Of a stretch of 32,000 nt of DNA, positions 17,832 to 27,280 are shown piece by piece. Below the pieces are notes generated by a model, which was given only the letters and a program-made list of their open reading frames with translations, was not told where the DNA came from and did not search any database. The stretch is taken from positions 60,001-92,000 of the forward strand of contig JAUWGH010000008.1 of NCBI GenBank assembly GCA_030606485.1, given 5' to 3'. Each line of letters opens with the position of its first letter. The first letter of the stretch is position 1. The position numbers and the translations under genes were made by a program. Origin of the DNA: Promethearchaeota archaeon (GTDB lineage: Archaea > Asgardarchaeota > Lokiarchaeia > Sigyniarchaeales > SOKP01).

Positions 17832-20597
17832 ATGAAAGCAAAAGAGGAAATTTCATCAGAAAGAAGTTTAAAAATTGAAAGTAAAGATCTTGAAAGAATT
17901 GCAGAATTAGTTAAATCCGCAAATTATTGTTATGATTGCAATCGTTGTGTAAATGTGTGTCCAGTTTCTATATATGGACTTTTTTATCCAAGACAACTCG
18001 TTAGCGACTTTGCAAATTTTTCAATTGAAGAAACAATTAATAATTCTAATATTTGGAGTTGTTTAACTTGTGGACAATGTATCGAATACTGTCCAATGTC
18101 TAAAGAAAATATCGGAGTAAATTTTTTTGATATTATTTTGAATCTTCGGAAGATCGCTACGGAATCAGAAAAATTGAAAGAGGAGAAATTGGAATATACA
18201 ACACATGGTAGGTTATATGCAAATTTACCTTATTTAATGGCAAATAATCAAATAGAATTCGAGAACAAACTTGGCTATTTGGATGATACAAATTTAAAAA
18301 TTGCTGATAAGGGAGATATTGCATATTTCGTTGGTTGTATTCCATATATTGATAAAATATCTCCATGTAGAAGAGCGTGTCCAGCAGGTGTAGACATACA
18401 AGGTTATATCTCATTTATTAGAGAAGGAAAATTTCAAGAGTCACTTGATTTAATAAGAAAAAGGATTCCCTTTCCAGGGGTATGTGGTCGAATATGCCCT
18501 GCTCTTTGTGAAGATGTTTGTAATCGTGGGACTATAGATAAACCCGTTGCTATTAAAGCATTAAAAAGATTTGTTGCTGACTGGGAAATAAAAAATGCCC
18601 CTTTAAAGAATATTACACCAACTAAACAAACTAAAGAAAAGGTAGCAATTATTGGTTCAGGACCATCTGGTATGTCCGCAGCATATTATCTAGCAAAAAA
18701 GGGATATAAACCAACAGTATTTGAAGCATCACCATTTAAAGGTGGAATGTTAAGATTTGGTGTTCCAGAATACCGTTTGCCCCAAAGAATCTTAGATTAT
18801 GAAATTGAATATATTGAGAAGAGCGGTGTTGAAATTAAAACAAATACACCAATAGGACCAAAACTAACGTTTAAAGATTTAAAAAAAATGGGCTATGAAG
18901 CTATTTTTATTTCAATAGGACTTCAACATAGCAGAAGAATGAGTATAGAGGGAGATGATCTTAAAAATGTTATCGGAGGTATAGAATATCTTAAAAATTA
19001 TAAATTATCAGATAAAACCTCAAAAAAATTTGAAGTAAAAGTTAAAGATAAAATAGTTGGAGTTGTAGGTGGCGGAAATGTTGCTATGGATGCTGCAAGA
19101 ACATCTGTAAGATTAGGTGCAAAACAAGTAATCATAATTTATCGACGATCAGAAAAAGAAATGCCCGCATCAAAAGAAGAGATTGAGATGGCAAAAGAAG
19201 AAAATATTGAATTTCAATTTTTAACTAATCCAGTAAGAATTTTAGGGGATAAAAATAGTAATATTTCTGAAGTTGAATGCATCCGGATGAAACTTGGAGA
19301 ACCAGATAGTTCAGGTAGAAGAAGACCGATTCCTATTGAAGGTTCTGAAATCAAAATGAAAGTTAATGTTTTAATACTTGGAATAGGTCAGGCAGCTGAC
19401 CATGAACCTGTATTAGCTGCTGAACATAAATTAGCAATTGATAAAAGAGGTAGTATTCAAACTGATAAATTAATTTTAGAAACAAATATTCCTGGTGTTT
19501 TTGCTGGAGGAGATATAATAGGTGGTGAGGGAATAGTCATTAGAGCAATAGCGAATGGATATGAAGCAGCAATTTCAATTGATCGATATATCAGAGGTGT
19601 CGACCTAGAAGAAGATAGGTTCTTTAGAGAAGATTTAAGACCTGCTGCAATACCTAAAAAACAAATTGAAGTCACCCAAAGAAGAGAGATGCCAATAATT
19701 CCCGTAGAAGAAAGGATAAAATCTTTTAATGAATGTGAAATTGGACTTTCGGAAGAAGACGCAATTCAAGAAGCTCATAGATGTGTTTTATGTAATATGT
19801 GTTCTAATTGTGATTTACCTCATGAATTATTACAAGAAACAATTGAAAAAGGGCAAAAATTTAAATGTGTATATGGAAAACAATCTTTTTACGATTCTGC
19901 TGATAAAATAGATTATTTAAGAGTTCCAAAAACTGCAATAGGTATTTTAAATCAAAATGGAATAATTCCTGTAGTTTTAGAGGATGAAAAATGTTGTGGG
20001 CATGATAACTATTGGACAGGAGATATGGATACTTTTGAAAAACTTGCAAAATATAATATCCAATTGTTCAAAAATGCCGGAGTTAAAACAATAATTTGTA
20101 ATTGCGCAGAAGGATATTACATGTGGAAATTTGTATATAAAGATCTTCTTGAAGATAACAATGATTTTAATTTTGAAGTATATCATATTAGTGAATATAT
20201 CCAAAAAGAAGGATTATTAGATAATTTAAAACTCCCTAATTCTGATAAAATTTTAGTTACTTACCATGATCCTTGTAGACTTGGCAGAATGAGTAAAGTA
20301 TATGATGCTCCCCGTGAAATATTGAATAAAATTCCATTTGTCGAATTAATAGAAATGAAAAATAATAAAGAGGATGCTCTTTGTTGTGGTGTCGCTGCTA
20401 ATTTGTCTTGTAATATTTACTCAAAAATGATTCAAGGCGATAGAATTAATCAAGCTATTGAAACTGGAGCAAAATATATGATTCTTAATTGCCCAAAATG
20501 TTTAACTCACTTTAATTGCTATTTACATGAAAATCCAGCAATAGATCTTAAAGTTATGTGTTTAATCACTTTCCTTGGTATGTTATACCGTTATTAA
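17832..20597 (+). CDS. HdrD-like (2x4Fe-4S + 2 CCG) oxidoreductase with an inserted GltD/NfnB-like FAD/NAD(P)H module
   Basis: N-terminal CYDCNRCVNVCP and CLTCGQCIEYCP, then YFVGC. Insert: SPCRRACP, CGRICPALCEDVC, GSGPSG, GGGNVAMD, YRRS, GVFAGGD, EAHRCVLC. After the insert: EKCCGHD, HDPCRLGR, LCCG, NCPKC. Confidence 0.88.
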   Translation: MKAKEEISSERSLKIESKDLERIAELVKSANYCYDCNRCVNVCPVSIYGLFYPRQLVSDFANFSIEETINNSNIWSCLTCGQCIEYCPMSKENIGVNFFDIILNLRKIATESEKLKEEKLEYTTHGRLYANLPYLMANNQIEFENKLGYLDDTNLKIADKGDIAYFVGCIPYIDKISPCRRACPAGVDIQGYISFIREGKFQESLDLIRKRIPFPGVCGRICPALCEDVCNRGTIDKPVAIKALKRFVADWEIKNAPLKNITPTKQTKEKVAIIGSGPSGMSAAYYLAKKGYKPTVFEASPFKGGMLRFGVPEYRLPQRILDYEIEYIEKSGVEIKTNTPIGPKLTFKDLKKMGYEAIFISIGLQHSRRMSIEGDDLKNVIGGIEYLKNYKLSDKTSKKFEVKVKDKIVGVVGGGNVAMDAARTSVRLGAKQVIIIYRRSEKEMPASKEEIEMAKEENIEFQFLTNPVRILGDKNSNISEVECIRMKLGEPDSSGRRRPIPIEGSEIKMKVNVLILGIGQAADHEPVLAAEHKLAIDKRGSIQTDKLILETNIPGVFAGGDIIGGEGIVIRAIANGYEAAISIDRYIRGVDLEEDRFFREDLRPAAIPKKQIEVTQRREMPIIPVEERIKSFNECEIGLSEEDAIQEAHRCVLCNMCSNCDLPHELLQETIEKGQKFKCVYGKQSFYDSADKIDYLRVPKTAIGILNQNGIIPVVLEDEKCCGHDNYWTGDMDTFEKLAKYNIQLFKNAGVKTIICNCAEGYYMWKFVYKDLLEDNNDFNFEVYHISEYIQKEGLLDNLKLPNSDKILVTYHDPCRLGRMSKVYDAPREILNKIPFVELIEMKNNKEDALCCGVAANLSCNIYSKMIQGDRINQAIETGAKYMILNCPKCLTHFNCYLHENPAIDLKVMCLITFLGMLYRY
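18350..19910 (+). repeat. 10-bp in-frame direct repeat TGATAAAATA at both junctions of the GltD-like insert
   Basis: TGATAAAATA at 18350-18359 and 19901-19910, both encoding DKI in frame, 1551 nt apart. Confidence 0.6.
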
Positions 20598-20839
20598 TTA
20601 TTTCTCTATTTTCCTTTCTTAATATTTCCTATTAATCAATAATTTGCAAGGAAAAACCTTTTTTTACCATATAATTAACAAATTAGTCTTTTGTAAAAAT
20701 TAATTTAATTTAATAATGATTAACAATAAATCTTAATTATTATATATTTCAAATGTAAATTATTATCATACGACATTCTTCTATAGAGAAATGTCTAAGT
20801 TAATAACATTTGTTAAGAACATAAAAAAAGTGTAGAAAT

Positions 20840-22711
20840 ATGACTTTAGAAGGATATACACAAGAAAGAGTTAATATTCATTTAGATACTGGTAAAATTG
20901 AAAAAGGCTCGATTACGGAAGAATTTTGTACCAACTGGATTGGTGGATATGGTTTTGGCGCAAAGGTATTATGGGATGAATTAAAACCTGGAACTGACCC
21001 ATTAAGTCCTGATAATATTTTAGTATGGGCAATTGGACCATATCCCGGAACTTTTCTGCCCACAAGTTCAAAATATGGACTTTTTGCTAAATCGCCCCTT
21101 ACTGGATTGTTCGGATTATCAATATCTTCTGGAAGCATTGCCCAACAAGCAAGAAGAGCCGGTCATAATCTGATTGTATTTTATGGTAAAGCAGAAGAAC
21201 CTGTATATATCATGTTTGATGATGGAGATATCCAAATTCTCCCCTGTAAGGAGATTGATCTATGGGGAAAGGGTGCTTGGACATCTGATGAGATATTGAA
21301 GGAACATTTTCACGATTCAAGACTCTCCGTGGCTGCAATTGGGCCCGCAGGAGAAAAACTTTCCAAGATCGGATGCGTCACAAATGATAGAAACAGACAA
21401 GCAGGAAGAACCGGAATGGGTTGCGTGATGGGGTCAAAAAATCTTAAAGCCTTATGTTTTAGAGGAACAAAAAGCATTAAAGTTGCAGATCCAAAAAAAT
21501 TCTATGTATTAGGAAAAGATTTCGTTAAACGCGCTATTGGAACAGCTACTGCTAAATATAGAGATTATGGTACACCTAGTGGTTTGGCATCATATAACGA
21601 TATGGGAATGCTTGGAAATTATAACTTTAGAGAAGGCTATTTTGATAAAATGGATAAATTCACAGGACAATGGCTTGATGAAAATTTGGTTGTTAAAAAA
21701 GTAGCGTGTAGTCAATGTCCAATTGCATGTGATCATTTAGCAAAGGTTCCTAAGGATCATCCCTTATGGGCAGGAGCAGTTGGAAGTATGGATATCGAAA
21801 ATATATACTCATTAGGGTCAAATTGTGGTCATGATGATTGGTATGCGATAATTAAGGCTATAACGCTTTGTGATGACTTGGGAATGGATACTATTTCAGC
21901 TGGAACAACCGTAGCTTTTGCCATGGAATGTTTTGAAAAAGGAATCATCAAAAAAGAAGATGTTGGATACGATCTATCATTTGGAGATGGAGAAGCAGTA
22001 GTAAAAATGATTGAAGAAATGGGAAATAGAAGTAGCAAAATCGGGGATATCCTTTCCGATGGAAGTCGTGCTGCCGCTAAAAAACTTGGAGGAGATGCAA
22101 TGAAATATTCTATGCAAGTTAAAGGTCTTGAATTCCCGATGTTCGATATTCGTGGTATGTCATGTTTTGCTGTAGGAGCGAGCGTCTCTATAAGAGGAGC
22201 ATGCCACTTACGAAATGGTGCATATGGCTTGGACGCTAAAGGTAAATTCGATCGTTTTACATATGATAAACCATTAGAACGAGGCAAAGCAATTAAAGTT
22301 GTTGAAGATGAATATGGCGTAATCGATTCTCTTATAATCTGTAAATTCACCAGAGGCATTTATGCAGATAAACAGGACCATTGTGATATTTATAAAGCCG
22401 TAACTGGATATGATATGACTCCAAAAAAATTAATGCTTGATGGCGAAGCAATCCATAATTTGGCAAAGTGTTTCAACATTAGAGAAGGTGCAACTAAAGC
22501 GGATGATTACCCACCCGAAAGATTCTTTACTGAAGCACCAACAAGAGGTCCAGCAAAAGGTGTTACACTTAAAAAAGCAGGATATACTAAGGTTTTGGAA
22601 GGATATTATGAAGCAAGGGGTTGGGATAAGGAAGGAGTTCCTACTGATGAAACACTAAAACGATTGGGGTTAGATTTTGTAATTGGAAAACTCAAAGGAG
22701 GTAAAAAATAA
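20840..22711 (+). CDS. aor: Tungsten-containing aldehyde:ferredoxin oxidoreductase family, large subunit
   Basis: KSPLTG, AIGPAGE, AGRTGMGCVMGSKNLKA, CSQCPIAC, DDLGMDTIS, RGACH, DS..ICKF and YYEARGWD..GVP. Confidence 0.93.
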   Translation: MTLEGYTQERVNIHLDTGKIEKGSITEEFCTNWIGGYGFGAKVLWDELKPGTDPLSPDNILVWAIGPYPGTFLPTSSKYGLFAKSPLTGLFGLSISSGSIAQQARRAGHNLIVFYGKAEEPVYIMFDDGDIQILPCKEIDLWGKGAWTSDEILKEHFHDSRLSVAAIGPAGEKLSKIGCVTNDRNRQAGRTGMGCVMGSKNLKALCFRGTKSIKVADPKKFYVLGKDFVKRAIGTATAKYRDYGTPSGLASYNDMGMLGNYNFREGYFDKMDKFTGQWLDENLVVKKVACSQCPIACDHLAKVPKDHPLWAGAVGSMDIENIYSLGSNCGHDDWYAIIKAITLCDDLGMDTISAGTTVAFAMECFEKGIIKKEDVGYDLSFGDGEAVVKMIEEMGNRSSKIGDILSDGSRAAAKKLGGDAMKYSMQVKGLEFPMFDIRGMSCFAVGASVSIRGACHLRNGAYGLDAKGKFDRFTYDKPLERGKAIKVVEDEYGVIDSLIICKFTRGIYADKQDHCDIYKAVTGYDMTPKKLMLDGEAIHNLAKCFNIREGATKADDYPPERFFTEAPTRGPAKGVTLKKAGYTKVLEGYYEARGWDKEGVPTDETLKRLGLDFVIGKLKGGKK

Positions 22712-23208
22712 TGCCAAGACATGAATTTATTGTTGTTGATCCAGATAAATGTATTGGTTGCGAACTTTGCGAAACCGTTTGTTCATTTGTGCACGATGGA
22801 GAATTCAATCCACTTCATTCCAGAATTAAAAGAGTACGCATCGAACCGTTAATTAACATCGCTTTATCTTGCCAGAAATGCGAAGACCCTGATTGCGTTA
22901 ATGCTTGCCCACAAAAAGCACTGGAAAAGAGTGAAAAAGATGGATCAATTTTAGTTGATGAGGATAAATGCTCTGGCTGTGCTTTTTGTATTCGAGCTTG
23001 TCCTTTTGGAGCAATATCCATGAGTACTGAAACTGGGAAAGTTTTAATTTGTGATTTATGTGAATCTACTGAATATGAAGAGCCACAATGTATAGAGTTT
23101 TGCCCTAGAGAAGCAATTTCCTTAAGAACAGTTGATCAAGTGGGAGATGAAAAACGTATCGATGCAGTTAAGAGACTTTTAACAGAACTACTAGCAGGGT
23201 CAAAATAA
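22711..23208 (+). CDS. 4x[4Fe-4S] electron-transfer subunit (DmsB/CooF-like), partner of AOR
   Basis: Four Cys clusters (CIGCELCETVC, CQKCEDPDCVNACP, CSGCAFCIRACP, CDLC...CIEFCP). TAATG stop/start overlap with aor and a GGAGG RBS. Confidence 0.93.
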   Translation: MPRHEFIVVDPDKCIGCELCETVCSFVHDGEFNPLHSRIKRVRIEPLINIALSCQKCEDPDCVNACPQKALEKSEKDGSILVDEDKCSGCAFCIRACPFGAISMSTETGKVLICDLCESTEYEEPQCIEFCPREAISLRTVDQVGDEKRIDAVKRLLTELLAGSK

Positions 23209-23220
23209 TTTTTTTTTTTT
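23209..23220 (+). terminator. Putative archaeal T-run terminator after the aor-FeS pair
   Basis: T12 immediately follows the TAA at 23206-23208, with further T-rich sequence after it. Confidence 0.55.
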
Positions 23221-23380
23221 CCTTTTATTTTTTTTATTTTGAAATTAATTAGATTTGAATTCTTTTAAATAAAAAAGATCGATATCAAAATCTTTGTTTA
23301 TTATAAATTAAATTTAAAAAAAATTAAATTAAAAGTTATGAATTTTAGAAAAATTTCAAATTATAATTTTTTAGTGAAAT

Positions 23381-25072
23381 TTAATAAATTTCATCTTCTC
23401 CTCTCTTTTTGGCTTCCTCATCCTTTAAATCCTTTCGAAGTACCTTTCCTACTAATGTTTCAGGCAGTTCTTTTCTAAATTGGATGATTTTAGGGACTTT
23501 ATACGGAGATAGACTTTGTCTGCAGAATTCTCTTATGTCATTCACTAATTCATCACTTTCCTTGTAACCATCTTTTAATACAACATAGGCTTTTACCTTT
23601 TCACTACCAGGAATGTCTGGATTGGGTATTCCTATTGTAGCGGCGTTTGCAATGGCTTCATGTTCAAATAGGATATCTTCAACTTCTCTTGGATAAACTT
23701 TAAATCCACTAACGATAATCATATCTTTCTTTCTGTCTACTATATAAAAGTATCCCTCCTCGTCCATTTTTCCTATGTCTCCAGTTAAAAGCCAATCACC
23801 TTTTTTTTGATTAGCCGTTTCCTCGGGTTTATTCCAATATCCTTTCATAATTTGAGGTCCTTTCATCATTATCTCTCCCGATTCACCTATAGGTATAATC
23901 TTAGTATAATCATCAACATCTACAATTTTAACTTCAGTATCAGGAATTGGAAGTCCAACGGAACCAATTTTTCTTGTTCCCTGTATCGGATTAACATGCG
24001 TTACAGGCGAGGTTTCAGTCAATCCGTATCCTTCAATTATTTTACCTCCCGTTCTTTCTTCAAACTCTTTAAGAACTTCGGGTGGCATAGGTGCAGCACC
24101 TGTATTGCAGATTTTGATAGATTTTAGATCTTTAGCATAATCTTCTAGATCATCTCGTTCTAATAAGCGCATGTACATTGTTGGAACGCCAGGAAACATT
24201 GCTGGTTTAGTTAATCGAATTATTTCAAATAAAGATTTCTCATCACGAGGGTCAGGATTTAAAGCGATGGTACTTGCATTATATATTAAAGAATTCATAC
24301 AAACAGTCATTCCATAGACATGGAATAATGGCAAATTGGTGAGTGCCGTTCCTTTCCCCCTCTCTAGTTCTGAAATATTCCATCTATTGATAGCAACACA
24401 ATTTGATATTAGATTGTAGTGTGTAAGCATTGCACCTTTAGGTAAGCCAGTTGTTCCTCCAGTATATTGGAGCACACAAATATCCTCTTTAGCATTAGTC
24501 TCAAATTTTGGAAGGTTTGGTTTTGTATTATTTACTAATCTTACAAATTGTATAGTTCCAGCTATTTCTGGAGGGTTCCTCGGAGCGTTTGGAATATAAT
24601 CCATTGCATTAGTAATAATTACATGCCTAAGTCGTGTTCTATCTCTAATTTTATTAATTTTATCAAGTTGTCCATCCCATGCAATAATTATTTCTGCACC
24701 AGAATCATTTAATTGGTATGCCAATTCAGGTTCTGTATGGAGAACGCTACATGCTGTGACGATTCCACCTGCTTTTTTGATACCATAAAAACTAAAGAGA
24801 AATTGAGGAAAATTTGGAATCATAATTGCAACAACATCACCTTTCTTTACACCTAAATCAACCAGAGCAGTAGCAAGTCTATCAGCAATATCTTTAAACT
24901 CATTATATGTTATTTTTCTCTTCATGAACCAAATCGCAGTTTTTCGTCCGAAATCTTTAGCGGCATCATCAAGAAATTTATAAATATTATGCTCCGGGTA
25001 ATCTATATGGGAAGGGACATCTTTATCGTAAGATTTCAACCAGGGCTTCTCAGCATAAGGGTTTTCACTCAT
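23381..25072 (-). CDS. fadD: Long-chain-fatty-acid--CoA ligase (AMP-forming)
   Basis: QYTGGTTGLPKGA, GYGLTETSP, TGDIG.MD.EGYFYIVDRKKDMII and GKVLRK. Confidence 0.9.
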   Translation of the reverse strand: MSENPYAEKPWLKSYDKDVPSHIDYPEHNIYKFLDDAAKDFGRKTAIWFMKRKITYNEFKDIADRLATALVDLGVKKGDVVAIMIPNFPQFLFSFYGIKKAGGIVTACSVLHTEPELAYQLNDSGAEIIIAWDGQLDKINKIRDRTRLRHVIITNAMDYIPNAPRNPPEIAGTIQFVRLVNNTKPNLPKFETNAKEDICVLQYTGGTTGLPKGAMLTHYNLISNCVAINRWNISELERGKGTALTNLPLFHVYGMTVCMNSLIYNASTIALNPDPRDEKSLFEIIRLTKPAMFPGVPTMYMRLLERDDLEDYAKDLKSIKICNTGAAPMPPEVLKEFEERTGGKIIEGYGLTETSPVTHVNPIQGTRKIGSVGLPIPDTEVKIVDVDDYTKIIPIGESGEIMMKGPQIMKGYWNKPEETANQKKGDWLLTGDIGKMDEEGYFYIVDRKKDMIIVSGFKVYPREVEDILFEHEAIANAATIGIPNPDIPGSEKVKAYVVLKDGYKESDELVNDIREFCRQSLSPYKVPKIIQFRKELPETLVGKVLRKDLKDEEAKKRGEDEIY

Positions 25073-25174
25073 TTTTCTATTTATACCTCTTATATTGTTA
25101 TTTTATTTAAATGATAGATATTAATTTAATATTTAATTAAAAACACATAAATAGTTTTACTTAAATCAAAACAC

Positions 25175-25184
25175 AAAAAAAAAA
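25175..25184 (-). terminator. Putative T-run terminator ending livHMGF-HEAT
   Basis: A10 on the + strand gives T10 on the coding strand, about 40 nt downstream of the HEAT gene stop. Confidence 0.45.
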
Positions 25185-25223
25185 TGAATACATTTATATT
25201 TTATTTAAAATCAATAATTTTTT

Positions 25224-26564
25224 TTATTTTTCTGTAATATTATCAAGCGCATTTAAAGCAGATTCACTCACATAGTCGTATTTATCATGTTCTAAATTTT
25301 TTAATCCGGTGATGACTTCTGGATTATCAACACCAATTTTTCCTAAGGCTTCAGAAGCTCTCCATCTAACATCAGGTTTCTTATCTTTTAATGACTCAAT
25401 TAAAGCTGGAATTATTTTAGCAGCAGATGGACCAATATTCCCCAGAGAAAGTGCCGCTTCTCGTTTTACTATACTTTTTGAATCATTTAAAGCTTCTTGT
25501 AGAGCAATTATAGCATCTTCTGAATTTGTACCCACTTTTCCCAACGCTCTTGAAGCTTCTACCCGAACTGAACTTTTTGAATCCTTTAATGATTCAATCA
25601 GACTTGGGATTGCAGCTGTTGCATCAATACCTATTCCCCCAATTGCAGAAATAATAAGAATTCTCATTTCCTTATTTGTTACTTTAAGTTCTTTGATTAA
25701 AGCAGGAATTGCTTCTTTACCGATACTACGAAGTGCATCAGCAGCTTTTCCGCGAACATGTTCAACCTTGTCATATAGTAAAAATGATAATTTTTCAAGT
25801 ATTTCAGGATTAGCAAGTTTTAATTCTCCTAAAGCCTCAATTGCGCCCTTTCTAACGATAGGGTTTTTAGAATTTATAACTTCCAAAATGGATGGGACTG
25901 ATTCTTGACCTATCATTGCAAGAGAATCAATAACTCTATATCGTACCCTCCAATCTGGATCTTCAAGTGCCACTATAAGAGATGGAATTGCTCTTGTAGA
26001 ACCTTCACCAATTCTACTTATTGCTTGAGCAGATGCATTTCTAACAGTCCAACCTATATCTTTAAGGCTATTCATTAAGTCGGGAATAGCATTATAGGCA
26101 TCAGGACCTATTTTTCCAAGTGATTTAGCGGCTTCTGTTCGAATTTCTTCATTTTCATCATTTAGACTATTAATTAAATTAGATATTGATTCTTGACTTG
26201 CGAAACCTATTTTTCCAAGAGAAATCACAATTTCTTTTCGAATCGACATTTCTTTATTATTAATATACCTACATAACTCGGGGATGGCATCTTTTGCTGG
26301 AGCTCCTATTTTTCCTAATGATCGCGCAACTTCACGACATATACTCCAATCGTCATCTGCTAAACATTCCGCTAGATTGGATACTCCCAAGGTGGCTTTT
26401 GGACCAACTTCACCTAGTGCTAATACAGCGTTAAATCGAATTGATCTAATCTCACTTTTTAAATATCTGATTATATCATTTATAACTGATGGATCTTTTT
26501 CAACCCGTGCAACCACCAAATCAACTTTAGCATCTCTTAACAAGTTTTCTATAGGTGCTGACAT
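25224..26564 (-). CDS. HEAT/PBS-lyase-like repeat protein, about 13 tandem repeats
   Basis: Repeats of 30-33 aa with consensus AIP.LI..L.D....VR..AA.ALG.IG over the whole protein. AAGGAGG RBS overlaps the livF stop. Confidence 0.92.
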   Translation of the reverse strand: MSAPIENLLRDAKVDLVVARVEKDPSVINDIIRYLKSEIRSIRFNAVLALGEVGPKATLGVSNLAECLADDDWSICREVARSLGKIGAPAKDAIPELCRYINNKEMSIRKEIVISLGKIGFASQESISNLINSLNDENEEIRTEAAKSLGKIGPDAYNAIPDLMNSLKDIGWTVRNASAQAISRIGEGSTRAIPSLIVALEDPDWRVRYRVIDSLAMIGQESVPSILEVINSKNPIVRKGAIEALGELKLANPEILEKLSFLLYDKVEHVRGKAADALRSIGKEAIPALIKELKVTNKEMRILIISAIGGIGIDATAAIPSLIESLKDSKSSVRVEASRALGKVGTNSEDAIIALQEALNDSKSIVKREAALSLGNIGPSAAKIIPALIESLKDKKPDVRWRASEALGKIGVDNPEVITGLKNLEHDKYDYVSESALNALDNITEK

Positions 26565-26575
26565 TTTTAACCTCC

Positions 26576-27280
26576 TTATATTCCCAAATAAACCTTTTTT
26601 ATTCGTGGTTCTCTTTCAAGTTCTTCTTTAGTACCTCTAATTTCGATTTTTCCTTCTTCAAGAACATGAATATTATCGCTTACAGCCATAGCTAATACTG
26701 CGTCTTGTTCAACTAATAAAGTGGTTGTACCTTCATGTTTTATTTTTTCAATAGCTTCGAAAATCTTTGTTTTTACTTTTGGAGCCAATCCTAAAGAAGG
26801 TTCATCCATTAAAAGAAGCTTTGGATTAGCCATCAATGCGCGACCTATTGCAAGCATTTGTTGTTCTCCCCCACTGAGGGTTCCTGCTCGCTGTTTCTGG
26901 CGTTCTTTAAGAAGTGGGAATATTTCGAATATAAAATTTAGTAGTTCATGATATTTTTTCTTATCTTTAAGTGAAAGAGCCCCCATTTCAAGGTTTTCAA
27001 GAACGGACATATCATAAAATAATCTTCGACGCTCTGGACAATGTGCTATGCCCTTTCTAGCAATCTGATAAGCTTCCAACTCATCAATCCTTTCACCCAG
27101 AAATATAACTTTCCCCCTATCAGGTTCCTCCAAACGGGATATAACTCGGAGCAGAGTTGATTTTCCTGCACCATTTGGACCAATAACAGCATCTAATGAT
27201 CCTTCTTCAACTGTTAAGTTAATCTCTTCAAGGGCTTTTGCTTTATCATAATAATGGTAAATTTTTCTGATCTCAAGCAA
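26576..27280 (-). CDS. livF: HAAT (branched-chain amino acid-type) ABC transporter ATPase
   Basis: GPNGAGKST, LSGGEQQMLAIGRAL, LLMDEPSLGLAP and LLVEQ. TTG start overlaps the livG stop. Confidence 0.93.
   Translation of the reverse strand: MLEIRKIYHYYDKAKALEEINLTVEEGSLDAVIGPNGAGKSTLLRVISRLEEPDRGKVIFLGERIDELEAYQIARKGIAHCPERRRLFYDMSVLENLEMGALSLKDKKKYHELLNFIFEIFPLLKERQKQRAGTLSGGEQQMLAIGRALMANPKLLLMDEPSLGLAPKVKTKIFEAIEKIKHEGTTTLLVEQDAVLAMAVSDNIHVLEEGKIEIRGTKEELEREPRIKKVYLGI

Noticed and set aside
20795-20822. Short inverted repeat TAACA-TT-TGTTA and TCTATAGA upstream of aor
   Set aside because: Too short and AT-rich to call an operator without a second conserved copy.
21829-22359. 176-aa antisense ORF inside aor, plus similar ORFs at 20878, 19457, 22815 and 23807
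   Set aside because: They lie fully opposite well-supported genes and carry no motifs, as expected for shadow ORFs.
20840-23208. AOR + FeS + Hdr-like + CoA ligase read as a class II benzoyl-CoA reductase (BamBC)
   Set aside because: The large subunit keeps classical AOR features (DDLGMDTIS, RGACH, Glu at the EYE position, CKF) rather than the BamB-type sequence as I recall it. No HdrA or MvhD-type genes are in the window.
13244-23208. Selenocysteine (TGA) read-through in the Fe-S/Hdr genes, as known for some Lokiarchaeal proteins
   Set aside because: The CCG, HdrD-like, AOR and FeS genes all end in TAA with their Cys motifs inside the ORFs. The livG TGA is an ordinary stop overlapping livF.
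25309-25908. 199-aa antisense ORF inside the HEAT gene with apparent periodicity
   Set aside because: The periodicity mirrors the HEAT repeats on the other strand.
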